This document shows positions 39,103-49,741 of a DNA stretch of 64,000 nt, in pieces (the stretch's first letter is position 1; the number at the start of each line of letters is the position of its first letter). The translations under genes and the position numbers were made by a program. Source of the DNA: an uncultured Thiomicrospira sp. (GTDB lineage Bacteria > Pseudomonadota > Gammaproteobacteria > CAKMZV01); assembly GCA_965195345.1 (NCBI GenBank), contig OZ239628.1:832001-896000 (forward strand), read 5' to 3'. Below the pieces are notes generated by a model. That model saw nothing but the letters and a program-made list of their open reading frames with translations, was not told where the DNA came from and ran no database searches.

Positions 39103-40117
39103 TCACAAGATGGAGCATTTTAAATATTTCTCCCATTTGATCGGGCATCACTAAGCGTTTGATGGATTGAGCGGTTTTAAGTCGATCAATTTCAGACATT
39201 TGAGTTAAATTAATCGTCGCCAAACCGTTTTCTAACAGGAATCCTCGTTGATTCTGGAAATTTTGCATTTGCCAGTGCGAGTGATCAAGTAAAGCTGAAA
39301 AGTCAATGTCGCAAGTGATGTCACAATTGCCAGTTGCATTGAGAGGGTCGTGATGAATATGATGCTTTTGGTAGCAACGTATTCCTGAAGTGGAGGTTAG
39401 TGCTAATTCCTTTAGCGTCATTCCATAATCAAATATTAATAGATGTTGAGCGCATTTTGCTAGTGCACCAAGCCATCCCTGTAGATTAGGGTTGTAGAGA
39501 TACTCCCTATCACTTGGCCAATCTTTCAAATAATCTCTAAGGATACAGGTGGGTTCTTCTTTTTTCCAGTGCAGTGATAATTTCTCATTTTCCACATCAA
39601 TATACGCCTGCTCCCAACAAACAGAATGCCTCCAACGTTCAAACGGCATTGCATCAACAACTTCATTAGCGAGGATGATTCTGGGTAGATTGTCATTTGG
39701 TAGAGAAGTCAACCATTCGACATTATCAAATTCAGCAAGTTGTAATTTTTGTGATGAAATATGCTCAGCACTGAGTTCAAGTATTTGATATTTTCCCATA
39801 TTTAAATGCGGAATCAAATAAGAAGCCAAAGAACCACTACCTGCGCCGAGTTCCAAAATGCAATAGGAGGAAAGGTTTGGAATTTTCTCTTGCAAATAAT
39901 TTGCGATGCACTGTGCATATAAAGGACTTTCTTCAGGTGCTGTTATGAAATCCCCATGTTCACCAATTTTGATTGTGCCATTATGGTAGTATCCATAGGT
40001 TGGATGATATAAACTCAAATTCATGTATTCAGCAAATGTTATCGGAGAATTATTCTGAATACGCTCTTTTATGAGTTCAACAAGTTCTTTTCTTGAACTA
40101 AAGTTATTAGGGAGCAT
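39086..40117 (-). CDS. SAM-dependent methyltransferase, MidA/NDUFAF7 family
   Basis: FAEYMNLSLYHPTYGYY, GDFITAPE, ELGAGSG, ANEVVDAMP, DYG, MGEIFK. Confidence 0.92.
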   Translation of the reverse strand: MLPNNFSSRKELVELIKERIQNNSPITFAEYMNLSLYHPTYGYYHNGTIKIGEHGDFITAPEESPLYAQCIANYLQEKIPNLSSYCILELGAGSGSLASYLIPHLNMGKYQILELSAEHISSQKLQLAEFDNVEWLTSLPNDNLPRIILANEVVDAMPFERWRHSVCWEQAYIDVENEKLSLHWKKEEPTCILRDYLKDWPSDREYLYNPNLQGWLGALAKCAQHLLIFDYGMTLKELALTSTSGIRCYQKHHIHHDPLNATGNCDITCDIDFSALLDHSHWQMQNFQNQRGFLLENGLATINLTQMSEIDRLKTAQSIKRLVMPDQMGEIFKMLHLVTNRPQ

Positions 40118-40553
40118 TCAAACGATGTAAGTGAGAACAATCGAATTGCTCAATAATGGTTTTCCAATGCAGCCCTAAAGTTGGATGGGTGCCATCAGGG
40201 AATAAATCAAGCATTATCTGAATAGCAAAAGGGTATTTGCTGATGTCTGTGTGCGGTAGTTTGGACGTTTCCATACTCCCATAAATGTATAGATCTAAGT
40301 CAATATCATTGTGTGTGGCTTTTAAGTCACGTTCAATGCGTTTGATTTTTTTTCTAAAGCTTTCAAGTGGAAGAGGTGTTTCTCCAGCGATCCCTATATT
40401 TGAAAATATTTTCCCACTGTTTTTCACGCAAGGGCTGCGATAGATCGCACTTATACGATGGTTTGTTAACGCGCTTTTAAGTGTTTGTAAACTAATTGAT
40501 AGCGACTCTTCAGGTTTGATGCAGGATCCTACACCAATAACGGCTAATGGCAT
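40107..40553 (-). CDS. folK: FolK/HPPK-like protein (divergent)
   Basis: IGVGS, S.IYRSP, FSN, IE..., IDLDL, LPH. Confidence 0.7.
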   Translation of the reverse strand: MPLAVIGVGSCIKPEESLSISLQTLKSALTNHRISAIYRSPCVKNSGKIFSNIGIAGETPLPLESFRKKIKRIERDLKATHNDIDLDLYIYGSMETSKLPHTDISKYPFAIQIMLDLFPDGTHPTLGLHWKTIIEQFDCSHLHRLNAP

Positions 40554-40562
40554 ATGGCGTTT

Positions 40563-41783
40563 TTAAGCCGATTTGAGTTTTTCCACGATGAGTGTTGCGT
40601 TCGTGCCCCCAAAGCCAAAGCTGTTGGACATAAATGTATTGATTTCCATATCTGCCCGTTTTCTTAAAATAGGCATGTTAGCTGCTTCAGGATCGATTTC
40701 TTCAATATTTATTGATTCACAAGCGAAATTTTCTTCTTGCATAATTAAACAATAGATCAGCTCTTGAATTCCCGATGCACCCAAAGAATGTCCTGTCATT
40801 GATTTTGTTGAGCTTAAAGGTGGCATATTTTTAGGAAAAACTGCTTTTAGAGCTTCTAATTCTCGGATGTCTCCAATTGGTGTGCTGGTTCCGTGTGCGT
40901 TAATGTAATCGATTTTCTTCCCTTTATTCATGTCGATTGCTTGTTGCATGCATCGCTTAGCGCCATCTCCTGAAGGTTGTACCATATCATAACCATCAGA
41001 AGTAGAGCCATATCCTACTATCTCACCATATATCTTGGCATTACGCTTAAGCGCATGTTCAAGTTCTTCTAACACGACTATTCCCCCACCGCCAGAAATT
41101 ACAAAACCGTCTCTATTTGCATCATATGCTCGGGAGGCTTTTTCGGGGGTATCATTGTATTTTGATGATAAAGCACCCATGGCATCGAAAAGAACGGATT
41201 CCGTCCAATGCAATTCTTCCCCTGCACCAGCAAAGACAATATCTTGCTTGCCAAATTGGATGAGTTCGGCGCCATGGCCAACACAGTGTGCTCCTGTAGC
41301 ACATGCGCTACTGATTGAGTAGCTAACTCCGTGTATTTTAAAAGGTGTGGCCAAACAAGCTGAAGCTGTGCTCGACATTGTGCGCGTTACTCTATAAGGG
41401 CCTACTCGTTTTACGCCTTTTTCAAGCAACAGGTTAGCAGACTCAACGACATTGGAAGTAGATGCCCCTCCCGAACCAACTACGACACCTACTCTGCTGT
41501 TTGACTCGTAGTGTTCAGGTAAAAGATTCGCATCAGCAATGGCATCGCTCATTGAAAGATAAGAAAATATTGCGGTGTCACTCATGAAACGCAGTGTTTT
41601 CCGAGGTATTAATTCAGGGTTGTAAGTGGGATTACCATGTACTTGAGAGCGAAATCCAATTTCTTGATATGTGGGCGCTGCACTTATGCCTGATTTCCCT
41701 TCAAATAAATGTTCTTTAACGCTTTCTTTAGTGTTTCCTATACAAGAAACGATTCCTATACCAGTTATTACTACTCTACGCAT
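40563..41783 (-). CDS. fabB: Beta-ketoacyl-ACP synthase I
   Basis: [35 protein letters not shown]. Confidence 0.97.
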   Translation of the reverse strand: MRRVVITGIGIVSCIGNTKESVKEHLFEGKSGISAAPTYQEIGFRSQVHGNPTYNPELIPRKTLRFMSDTAIFSYLSMSDAIADANLLPEHYESNSRVGVVVGSGGASTSNVVESANLLLEKGVKRVGPYRVTRTMSSTASACLATPFKIHGVSYSISSACATGAHCVGHGAELIQFGKQDIVFAGAGEELHWTESVLFDAMGALSSKYNDTPEKASRAYDANRDGFVISGGGGIVVLEELEHALKRNAKIYGEIVGYGSTSDGYDMVQPSGDGAKRCMQQAIDMNKGKKIDYINAHGTSTPIGDIRELEALKAVFPKNMPPLSSTKSMTGHSLGASGIQELIYCLIMQEENFACESINIEEIDPEAANMPILRKRADMEINTFMSNSFGFGGTNATLIVEKLKSA

Positions 41784-41796
41784 ATTTTCTCATTAT

Positions 41797-42327
41797 TTAA
41801 AAATCTTTAGTTTCTTTAAACAGTCCTACTCTAAGATCACTGGCTGAATAAATTGCTTTGCCGTCAACAATTAAAATTCCGTCAGCTATACCCATGCAAA
41901 GTTTTCGATGGATAACGCGTTTGAAGTCAATTTGATAACTAATTTTTTTACAATCAGGGACCACTTGACCAAAAAATTTTAATTCCCCAGCACCTAATGC
42001 TCGACCTCTTCCTTCTCCGCCTGACCAAGCAAGAAAGAAACCAATCAGCTGCCACATAGCATCCAGTCCAAGGCAACCAGGCATTACAGGGTCGTCTTCA
42101 AAATGGCATCCAAAAAACCAATGGTCTTTTTTGATATCAAGCTCAGCATGAGTATGCCCTTTCTGATAACGACCACCTGTTCTGGATATCTGAGTAATAC
42201 GATCAAACATTAATAAAGGTGGTTGAGGCAATTGGGCGTTTCCTGGGCCAAATAAATCGCCTTTTCCACACTTGAGTAAATCGTCGTATCCGTAAAAATC
42301 TTTTGGTTGAAAATTCATGATGGACAA
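41797..42327 (-). CDS. fabA: 3-hydroxydecanoyl-ACP dehydratase/isomerase
   Basis: [30 protein letters not shown]. Confidence 0.97.
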   Translation of the reverse strand: MSIMNFQPKDFYGYDDLLKCGKGDLFGPGNAQLPQPPLLMFDRITQISRTGGRYQKGHTHAELDIKKDHWFFGCHFEDDPVMPGCLGLDAMWQLIGFFLAWSGGEGRGRALGAGELKFFGQVVPDCKKISYQIDFKRVIHRKLCMGIADGILIVDGKAIYSASDLRVGLFKETKDF

Positions 42328-42373
42328 TTATACCTTCTTACACGGAATTCATGGTGTTAGGTGATCAAAGAGT

Positions 42374-43084
42374 TTATTTTTCCCAAGAAGGAATGATAGG
42401 ATTACCCATCGAAGTCATATATTGTTCATGAAGAATTCGTTCTTTTGAGTGCACTTTAATAGGTAATAGTACGGAAGGGTCAAAGGATGTTAGTGATTCG
42501 GAGATGTCTTCATTATGTTTTGAATTTCTTTTAAAAAGAATGTTTTGCCCACTTGTTAAAGCCAAGTAGACTTGAGCAAGTAGATCACAATCTATTAAAG
42601 CGCCGTGCAAGGTTCGGTTTGAATTGTTCACTCCAAACTTCTGGCATAAAGCGTCCAGGCTGTTTCGCCCACTGGGGTATCTTTTGCGCGCCATTTCCAA
42701 AGTGCAGCTTATATGAGAATAATGCTCTATCTGATGGTATTTTTCAGGATCTAATTTTTTTAACTCATGATTGATGAATCCAACATCGAATGAGGCATTA
42801 TGAATGATTAGCCGACTTCCTTTAATGAAGTTTAAAAATTCATCCGCTATTTCTGAAAATAAAGGCTTGTCGAGCAATTCGCCTAAAGAGATTCCATGAA
42901 TTCTTTCAGCATCGACTTCAATTGGGCGTTCTGGGTTTATAAATTCATGGAACTTTCGATCAGTTACTGTCCGATCAATCATTTCTATAGCGGCAATTTC
43001 AATGATTCGGTTGTCATCGCTTGTTCGAAGTCCCGTCGTTTCTGTATCTAAGATTACTAAACGCTCATTTTCAGTTTTTATCAT
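42374..43084 (-). CDS. dnaQ: DNA polymerase III epsilon subunit
   Basis: LDTETTG, HNASFD, NSLDALC, HGALID. Confidence 0.96.
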   Translation of the reverse strand: MIKTENERLVILDTETTGLRTSDDNRIIEIAAIEMIDRTVTDRKFHEFINPERPIEVDAERIHGISLGELLDKPLFSEIADEFLNFIKGSRLIIHNASFDVGFINHELKKLDPEKYHQIEHYSHISCTLEMARKRYPSGRNSLDALCQKFGVNNSNRTLHGALIDCDLLAQVYLALTSGQNILFKRNSKHNEDISESLTSFDPSVLLPIKVHSKERILHEQYMTSMGNPIIPSWEK

Positions 43085-43350
43085 GCGAGTTATTTTCGCT
43101 TTTACTGATTTACTTTGCTTGAAAATTTAACAGATAATTATCTGTTTCTGATAACAAGCGGTTGCAGAGTTTCTAAAAGATTAGTACCCATGTTTTTTAC
43201 TTAAAAATCAATAACAAACTTCAATGTATGAAGTGTTTTTGGGGGACAATAAACACATTGGCAGTGATTTGCTAAACGCCCTTAAATGGCGTGCAGCGTA
43301 CTTGCAATGAACTAGGTGTTCCATTCTTAATTTAAAACATTCGTACTTAA

Positions 43351-43782
43351 ATGCATAATAAAAAGCGGAGATTAACGATTACGTACTTAGTCAAGAACCA
43401 AGATGGTGCTGTTGTTGCCAGTAATGAAAAAGATGGCGAACTCATTTCTTACACAGAAGGGGCTGAAGAAATAGTCAGAGGTTTAGAGGTTTTTTTAATG
43501 GACAAAGAGAAGGGTTTTTGTGGAACGGTCACAGTTGCGGCTGAAGATGCATTTGGAATACATGACCCTGAAACAGTTATAGTGGCTCAGCCGCATCACT
43601 TTGATGACTCCGATGTGAAGGTGGGAGATGAAGTTATGGGCAGCGATGAGTACGAAGGAATAGTTTTTCGAGTGGTGAAAATGGATTCAGAAGGAGTGAC
43701 ATTGGACGCGAACCATCCTTTAGCAGGAATGGACTTAACCTACGAAGTGGAAGTCATTCAGGTTCAAGAAGTACTTGTATGA
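43351..43782 (+). CDS. slyD: FKBP-type peptidyl-prolyl isomerase (SlyD-like)
   Basis: GLE..L, EDAFG, LDANHPLAG.DL.YEVEV. Confidence 0.85.
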   Translation: MHNKKRRLTITYLVKNQDGAVVASNEKDGELISYTEGAEEIVRGLEVFLMDKEKGFCGTVTVAAEDAFGIHDPETVIVAQPHHFDDSDVKVGDEVMGSDEYEGIVFRVVKMDSEGVTLDANHPLAGMDLTYEVEVIQVQEVLV

Positions 43783-44348
43783 AAATTTTCACTCGCTTAT
43801 ATGACTGGGTATTATCTGTAAGTGCTCGACCACGGGCTAAGCAGTTTTTAGGTGTATTGAGTTTTGCTGAGTCTTCGTTTTTTCCTATTCCACCTGATGT
43901 TATGTTGATGCCAATGAGTGTGGCTAATCCATCTAAGTGGTTCAGTCTTGCATTACTAACTACAATTACTTCAGTTTTAGGTGGACTGTTAGGCTATGTT
44001 TTGGGAGTCATTGCAATTGATTCAATATTGCCTATTATCGAACAATATGGTTATACTAAATCGTATTATCAAACGCTTGAGTGGTTTGAGAATTATGGTG
44101 TTTTGATTGTTTTTCTTGCAGGTGTAACGCCAATACCTTATAAAATATTTACAATAGCATCAGGTGCTTTTGGAGTGAATTTGATAGGATTTATAGTCAT
44201 GTCACTTTTAGGCAGAGGAGTTCGTTTTTTTCTGGTTGCTTTTTTGAGTGCACGATTGGGTGCTATCGTTGCCAATAAATTAAGAAAGTATTTTGATAGG
44301 ATTGGTTGGTTTTGTGTTTGTTTGATTGTTGTTTGGATACTGTATTAA
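43779..44348 (+). CDS. yqaA: YqaA/DedA family membrane protein
   Basis: SFAESSFFPIPPD, TPIPYKIFTI, RGVRFF. Confidence 0.92.
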   Translation: MKIFTRLYDWVLSVSARPRAKQFLGVLSFAESSFFPIPPDVMLMPMSVANPSKWFSLALLTTITSVLGGLLGYVLGVIAIDSILPIIEQYGYTKSYYQTLEWFENYGVLIVFLAGVTPIPYKIFTIASGAFGVNLIGFIVMSLLGRGVRFFLVAFLSARLGAIVANKLRKYFDRIGWFCVCLIVVWILY

Positions 44349-44354
44349 AAGTCA

Positions 44355-46037
44355 ATGAAATTTTTTAGTATTATCATTATTCTATTATTGTTTTCTGCGT
44401 GCACAAGCACAGCACCTCAAGAGAAGAAAACAGTTGAGATTCTAGACGCAACAGAAAAGTCCGAGTCGTCTAATCTTGTTCGTGAAGTTAAAAATGATTC
44501 AAGTCGATCTAATGAAGAAGGTAATGTTGTCGTTAGTAAAATTACTCCTTCGAAAATTAGCACTGAAGGAACGGAAAAAGAAATTTTCGCAAACGAATCA
44601 CAGGATGGTAAACAATCTTTGAATCAACAATTGGTAACGTTCTGCAAACAGCCATTTGCTTTGCTCAGCAACAAGAATGTTTTGAAACAACTTATTGAAG
44701 AATGTGACTGGAATATTGAGTATATTCTTAAAATAAACGAACTTACTAATTTGGAAGATTTTGCGCGACATCGACCAGTAACACTGCCAGCAGCGGTGCA
44801 GAAAAGATCATTTGAAAAACATCTTAGACCAGAAAATATTTCAAGAGTAAATTGTGGCAGTAGCTATGCGATTGTTGATAAAGGTCATACATTAACCAAC
44901 ATTGCCAATCAATGCGATTGGAACATAGAACAAATGGCCATTATTAATGGATATCAGAGAATGGATGAAGATTTGTATATCGGTCAGACATTATTAACTC
45001 CTGAAGTTATCACAGAATTAAAAAGAAAGATGAGATTGAAATCTGAATCAATTCAGCCTGATGCACAACAAAATTCAAGTGTAGATCGGCTTTCTGTAAG
45101 TACTCAGAGAAACACTTTTGAACAACTAAATACTGATAGCTCTGCTAATAGTTTCCCTTCTTATTGCACCTATGATAAGTATGTATTAAAGGCACCTATT
45201 TTGTTGAGTCAGTTGGCGGCTAAATGCGGTTTTAATCCTCGTTATCTTGCCCACTTGAATCAATCCAAAGCAAATAAAAAATTTCAAACGAGTGATGTTG
45301 TTTTATTTCCAGCTATAGTAAGTAAAGATGTTAAGAAAAGGGTGTTTAAAAAACCATTCCCCGTAAAAAACTGCTCCAAGAAATATCATAAAGTTAAGGC
45401 GGGAGAGAGCATTGCTAAAATAGCTATAGCTTGTCAATGGGATTATCGCCATTTACTTACTCTGAATAAAATGAAAGCGACTCAAATTCTTGAAGTGGGG
45501 CAGAAATTGCTTTTCCCGAATGCCTTATATTTGAGGGGAAGGGGGAAAAGTGTTTTGAAGACCGATGTTGGAAACAAAAATAAAAGTCCCATCAAAATCG
45601 CCAGCTTTTCTAGAATGTTGAAAAAAGAAGACTGCATTCGAAGTGTATGGCGTGTATTTTCTAACACAACGGTTGACGAGATAGCGACGGTGTGTGGATG
45701 GAAGCGTGAAACGCTTATGCTCTTGAATGGTTGGGGTACAAATAATAGACTGATTAAAAAAGAGGTGATTCTATTACCTAAAATATTTGAATTAGTGCGC
45801 AAACGATATAAAGTTGGTGTTGAAAGCGAAGATAAAAAACGAAAAAGCAAACCTTCTTTTGAGTGCAATAAGAAAAGAATAACTTCCCAAAAAGATATTG
45901 CATTACAGACTATTGCTGAAAAATGTGGGTGGCATATTCAGTACTTATTACTACTGAATGATTTAACTCCTCAACAACGAGATACTAAGAGGAGTCAATA
46001 TGTACTGCCCCCTATATTGTCTAACGCCCCATCATGA
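44355..46037 (+). CDS. Lipoprotein with about six LysM-like repeats, each carrying a cysteine pair
   Basis: Lipobox LFSA-C; clear LysM at YHKVKAGESIAKIA...LLTLN...LEVGQKLLFP and VDKGHTLTNIA...LYIGQTL. Confidence 0.8.
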   Translation: MKFFSIIIILLLFSACTSTAPQEKKTVEILDATEKSESSNLVREVKNDSSRSNEEGNVVVSKITPSKISTEGTEKEIFANESQDGKQSLNQQLVTFCKQPFALLSNKNVLKQLIEECDWNIEYILKINELTNLEDFARHRPVTLPAAVQKRSFEKHLRPENISRVNCGSSYAIVDKGHTLTNIANQCDWNIEQMAIINGYQRMDEDLYIGQTLLTPEVITELKRKMRLKSESIQPDAQQNSSVDRLSVSTQRNTFEQLNTDSSANSFPSYCTYDKYVLKAPILLSQLAAKCGFNPRYLAHLNQSKANKKFQTSDVVLFPAIVSKDVKKRVFKKPFPVKNCSKKYHKVKAGESIAKIAIACQWDYRHLLTLNKMKATQILEVGQKLLFPNALYLRGRGKSVLKTDVGNKNKSPIKIASFSRMLKKEDCIRSVWRVFSNTTVDEIATVCGWKRETLMLLNGWGTNNRLIKKEVILLPKIFELVRKRYKVGVESEDKKRKSKPSFECNKKRITSQKDIALQTIAEKCGWHIQYLLLLNDLTPQQRDTKRSQYVLPPILSNAPS

Positions 46038-46085
46038 TTGTGAACGCACATCGTGATTGTTCGCCACGCATAATTATTAATTAAA

Positions 46086-47291
46086 ATGAATTCAGTTATC
46101 ATCATTGGTTCTGGGCAAGCAGGATTACAAGTAGCTTTAAGTCTTAGAGAATATGGGTATGAAGGGACTGTAACTTTATTCGGTGATGAGCCTTTATTAC
46201 CGTATCAACGTCCTCCATTGTCTAAAGGATTTCTTACTGGCGCATTTGAACAAGAGCGTTTGATTTTACGTGAGTTAGATGTGTTGACAAAAAAACGCAT
46301 TGTTTATATCAATGAGCGAGTGACTTCTATAGATCCAGAGAATAATTCCATCGCAACAGATAATAAAAAATATGTTTTCGATTTCTTAATTTTGGCGCTG
46401 GGAGGACAAGCAAGAATCCCTTCTATAGAAGGGGCAGAATTGAATGGGGTAATCGGTCTGCGCTCTTTAGCGGATGCACAAAGAATTAAAGAGCAGTCAA
46501 AGAAAACACAAGACGTTGTTGTGTTGGGTGGTGGTTTTATTGGACTTGAAGTTGCGGCAAGTATGCGTTCTCTTGGTAAAAATGTTCATGTAATAGAGGG
46601 AGCAGATCGCTTATTAAACAGAGTAGTATGCGCTGATATGAGTCAATTTTTTATGAAGCTGCATGCTGATGAAGGTGTAGATTTTCGATTGAATACATCA
46701 ATTGAGAAAATCTCTGGAAAAGGCAAGGTGGAACAAGTTATTCTCAGTGACGGTGAGGTCATTGAAACACAGTTGGTGATTGTCGGAGTAGGGCTGCATG
46801 TTGACGAATCCATGATGTCGGCTGGAGGAATAGCTTGTGATAGAGGGGCTTTGGTTAATGAAAATGCGCAGACTGTGCGGAAAAATATATATGCAATAGG
46901 CGATTGCAGTGTTCAGCCACACTACAGAGATGGACGAATGATTCGCATAGAGTCAGTGCAAAATGCCATTGATCAAGCGAAAAAAGTAGCTGCTCATATT
47001 ACGGGCGTTGAATTGAGAAACCAACCGATTGTTCCATGGTTTTGGAGTGATCAATTTCATGTTAAATGGCAAATGGCAGGGTGGAACGATCCTTTTGATG
47101 TCTCTATTTGCAGGGGTGGGGCAGACAAGTTTTCAATATTTTATTTAAAAAATCAACGCATGCAAAGTGTCGTTAGTATAAATAGTCCTGCTGATCATAT
47201 GATGGCAAGAAAACTGTTGCTATCCGCTGATAAGCAGTATGATGCTAAATTATTAGCCGATAACACCGTATCTTTAAAGTCACTGTTATAG
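46086..47291 (+). CDS. NAD(P)/FAD-dependent ferredoxin reductase (putidaredoxin reductase-like)
   Basis: IIGSGQAG, PYQRPPLSK, GGGFIGLE, IYAIGDC, RIESVQNA, PWFWSDQ. Confidence 0.92.
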   Translation: MNSVIIIGSGQAGLQVALSLREYGYEGTVTLFGDEPLLPYQRPPLSKGFLTGAFEQERLILRELDVLTKKRIVYINERVTSIDPENNSIATDNKKYVFDFLILALGGQARIPSIEGAELNGVIGLRSLADAQRIKEQSKKTQDVVVLGGGFIGLEVAASMRSLGKNVHVIEGADRLLNRVVCADMSQFFMKLHADEGVDFRLNTSIEKISGKGKVEQVILSDGEVIETQLVIVGVGLHVDESMMSAGGIACDRGALVNENAQTVRKNIYAIGDCSVQPHYRDGRMIRIESVQNAIDQAKKVAAHITGVELRNQPIVPWFWSDQFHVKWQMAGWNDPFDVSICRGGADKFSIFYLKNQRMQSVVSINSPADHMMARKLLLSADKQYDAKLLADNTVSLKSLL

Positions 47292-47787
47292 TTTTTTTAA
47301 AACTTGTCAAACGCCGATCAAACGCATAGTGCTAATCTGAAATGGCTTTTTCTTTAGTATCCGCGCGTTTCAGTCTTTGACCAACCCAATAAGAATTTTT
47401 TCAGCAATTTCTGCAAATAATGTTCGGATGATTTTAATAGACATAGTAATGTGATCTGTTCGTATAAGTTGTGATGAGCCATAATTTCACTATAAAGTAA
47501 AAGAAAATGGCAAATAGAGCATTGTTAATCGTGATGGCAATGGCATGAGTGTGTTGGACTCATGTATTATATTTATTCAAAAAAATCACTATAAAGTCAA
47601 AAGAAAGTTAATTAAAGAAGCGCATATGATTATATATAAACTCTGAAAAAAATTATCCGAAGATTTACTCTTAATATCTTTAATTTTCAGGGATTGCTGA
47701 GCGTTAAAGATTGTTGAAAATACTTCGAAAAAACTTTAAATTATTGAATATAATTATTTAATATTTCTAAACTTAAATGGTTTCAAA

Positions 47788-48396
47788 ATGAATAAAATAA
47801 AAATCTTTCTCTTGTTGATGATTTTCACTGGGTCTGCTTGGTCTGCTTCAGGTGTGGAAATAAGTCTGTCTGATGAAGATATCAATCTTGGTTTATTTTC
47901 AAGCACTTTGTTTGAAGATACTGATAAAGAGGACGAACGTTATGGTGATGTTTATGCTCATGTTAACTTTTTGATTGCTGATCAAGGGAATAGAAATGTG
48001 CTGGATGGGATAATAGAGGTGAGCCGACAAATTCCATTAGAAAGCAGTAGGTTTGCTTTTGGAGTAGGTCTTAGGCCTCTGTATGCTCGATTCGAAAGAA
48101 ATGATCGTGATCAGGACGTTGTTGCTTTGCAATTGGGTGGTAAGGGAGGATACGACTTTTCAGTTGGGGAAGAGATTGATATCTACATTCAAGGAAGTAT
48201 TTATTTTGCTCCCAAAATACTGACTTTTTCTAATCAGTTTGCAAGCGTAGTATATGCAAATTTTCAGGTAGGCATTTATGTAATAGCAAATACTGCTTTT
48301 TACATTGAGTATGAAAGCGAAGAAATTGAAGCTGAGGAAGGAGAAAATGTTGAAATAGTGAACGGTGTTTTATTTGGGCTGCGCATAGGATTTTGA
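47788..48396 (+). CDS. YfaZ-like outer-membrane beta-barrel protein
   Basis: Signal peptide, YFAPKILTF motif, C-terminal GLRIGF. Confidence 0.75.
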   Translation: MNKIKIFLLLMIFTGSAWSASGVEISLSDEDINLGLFSSTLFEDTDKEDERYGDVYAHVNFLIADQGNRNVLDGIIEVSRQIPLESSRFAFGVGLRPLYARFERNDRDQDVVALQLGGKGGYDFSVGEEIDIYIQGSIYFAPKILTFSNQFASVVYANFQVGIYVIANTAFYIEYESEEIEAEEGENVEIVNGVLFGLRIGF

Positions 48397-48431
48397 CGTA
48401 TGAAATTTGATGGAGGAGTGATTTTTGAGAC

Positions 48432-48791
48432 TCAATTGAGCACAGTGTAACCTCTGTTGCTTAGACAATTTCTAATAACTTTATCTTTCTTTTTATCAGA
48501 TTCTCCATAGCCACCCAAAGCCCCTAAAGAAGAACCAACTCCCGCTCCCGTTAGTGCAGAGTCTTTTTTCCCACTGAGCGAACCGATTACTCCGCCAACT
48601 AAAGCGCCTCCTAGTGCGGATTCCGCAATTTCTCCAGTTGTGTCCACTTGGTTAGCCAATTCGGTGCATTGCGCTAGATCGGAGTTATATTTTTCAGGAT
48701 CAACCCCGTATGTATCTACAATCGCTCGGGGTGTGCTAGAACATCCACTAAACAAAAAAAATATTGACAAAATAAGGCATGTTTTTTTCAT
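48432..48791 (-). CDS. Glycine-zipper lipoprotein
   Basis: LFSG-C lipobox, DLAQC, GGALVGG...GAGVG, NCL..RGYTVLN. Confidence 0.85.
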   Translation of the reverse strand: MKKTCLILSIFFLFSGCSSTPRAIVDTYGVDPEKYNSDLAQCTELANQVDTTGEIAESALGGALVGGVIGSLSGKKDSALTGAGVGSSLGALGGYGESDKKKDKVIRNCLSNRGYTVLN

Positions 48792-48861
48792 GATTCTATC
48801 ATCCTGTGCGATTACAATGAATTTTTAAGACACCCTTAATTATAAATTAGTTGAAAGTAAT

Positions 48862-49107
48862 ATGGCTTTGAAAATAAACGATAGTTGCGTTAACTGTGAT
48901 ATGTGCGAACCAGAATGTCCCAATGAGGCAATTTACATGGGCGATGTTGTCTATGAAATTGATCCTGATAAATGCACTGAATGCATAGGTTATTATGACA
49001 AGCCCACTTGCCAGAAAGTATGTCCAATTACGAAATGCGTCGTTCTTGATCCTAATTATATTGAAACTGAAGAACAGCTTCTATCAAAATTAGCAGGACT
49101 GTTGTGA
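48862..49107 (+). CDS. yfhL: YfhL-family 2[4Fe-4S] ferredoxin
   Basis: CVNCDMCEPECP and CTECIGYYDKPTCQKVCP. Confidence 0.95.
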   Translation: MALKINDSCVNCDMCEPECPNEAIYMGDVVYEIDPDKCTECIGYYDKPTCQKVCPITKCVVLDPNYIETEEQLLSKLAGLL

Positions 49108-49718
49108 AGCCCGTTTGGTGGGAAGATGCCAAAATCTATTTATGCAAGAGTGACCCCATACTTTCAAAGATCATAGAGTGTTATCCTGAAAGCATTTTAT
49201 ACAGGAGCTCTGATGCTTTTTCTGCATTGGTTAATTCTATAATTGGTCAACAGATTTCGGTTAAAGCCGCTCATGCAATTCGTGGGCGATTACAAAGTCA
49301 AATTGGATTCACTTCATCTATTCTTCACAACGCGCCGATAGAAACGCTAAGATCCGTTGGACTCTCTTCACAGAAAGCAGGCTATATAAAAAACATTGCA
49401 CAATGGTTTGAACTCAATGCAGTTGACGAGCAATGGTTTGAAAAAACGGATAATTCGATTATTCGGTCAGAGTTGCTAAAAATAAAGGGAATTGGGAATT
49501 GGACTGTCGAAATGTTTGAGATGTTTTATCTTCTTGACGCAAATATTTTTCCGAAGGGTGACTTGGGACTTATTAAAGGGATTGAATCGGCCTATGCTGT
49601 CAATAGACTTGAAGCAAAGGAGTTGCTGCTTGAGTTGGAGAAAAAATGGAGTCCTTATTTAAGTGCTGCTACATGGTATTTATGGCGTAGTCTTGATCCT
49701 AAAGAAGTAAACTATTGA
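49104..49718 (+). CDS. alkA: DNA-3-methyladenine glycosylase, AlkA family (HhH-GPD)
   Basis: IIGQQISVKAA, IKGIGNWT, FPKGDLG, WSPY.S.ATWYLW. Confidence 0.9.
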   Translation: MKPVWWEDAKIYLCKSDPILSKIIECYPESILYRSSDAFSALVNSIIGQQISVKAAHAIRGRLQSQIGFTSSILHNAPIETLRSVGLSSQKAGYIKNIAQWFELNAVDEQWFEKTDNSIIRSELLKIKGIGNWTVEMFEMFYLLDANIFPKGDLGLIKGIESAYAVNRLEAKELLLELEKKWSPYLSAATWYLWRSLDPKEVNY

Positions 49719-49741
49719 TTTTTTTGTGAGAATAATTTCAA

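Noticed and set aside
43258-43275. Sigma54 promoter (tggcagtgatttgct) upstream of slyD
   Set aside because: GG-to-GC spacing is 9 rather than the required 10 nt
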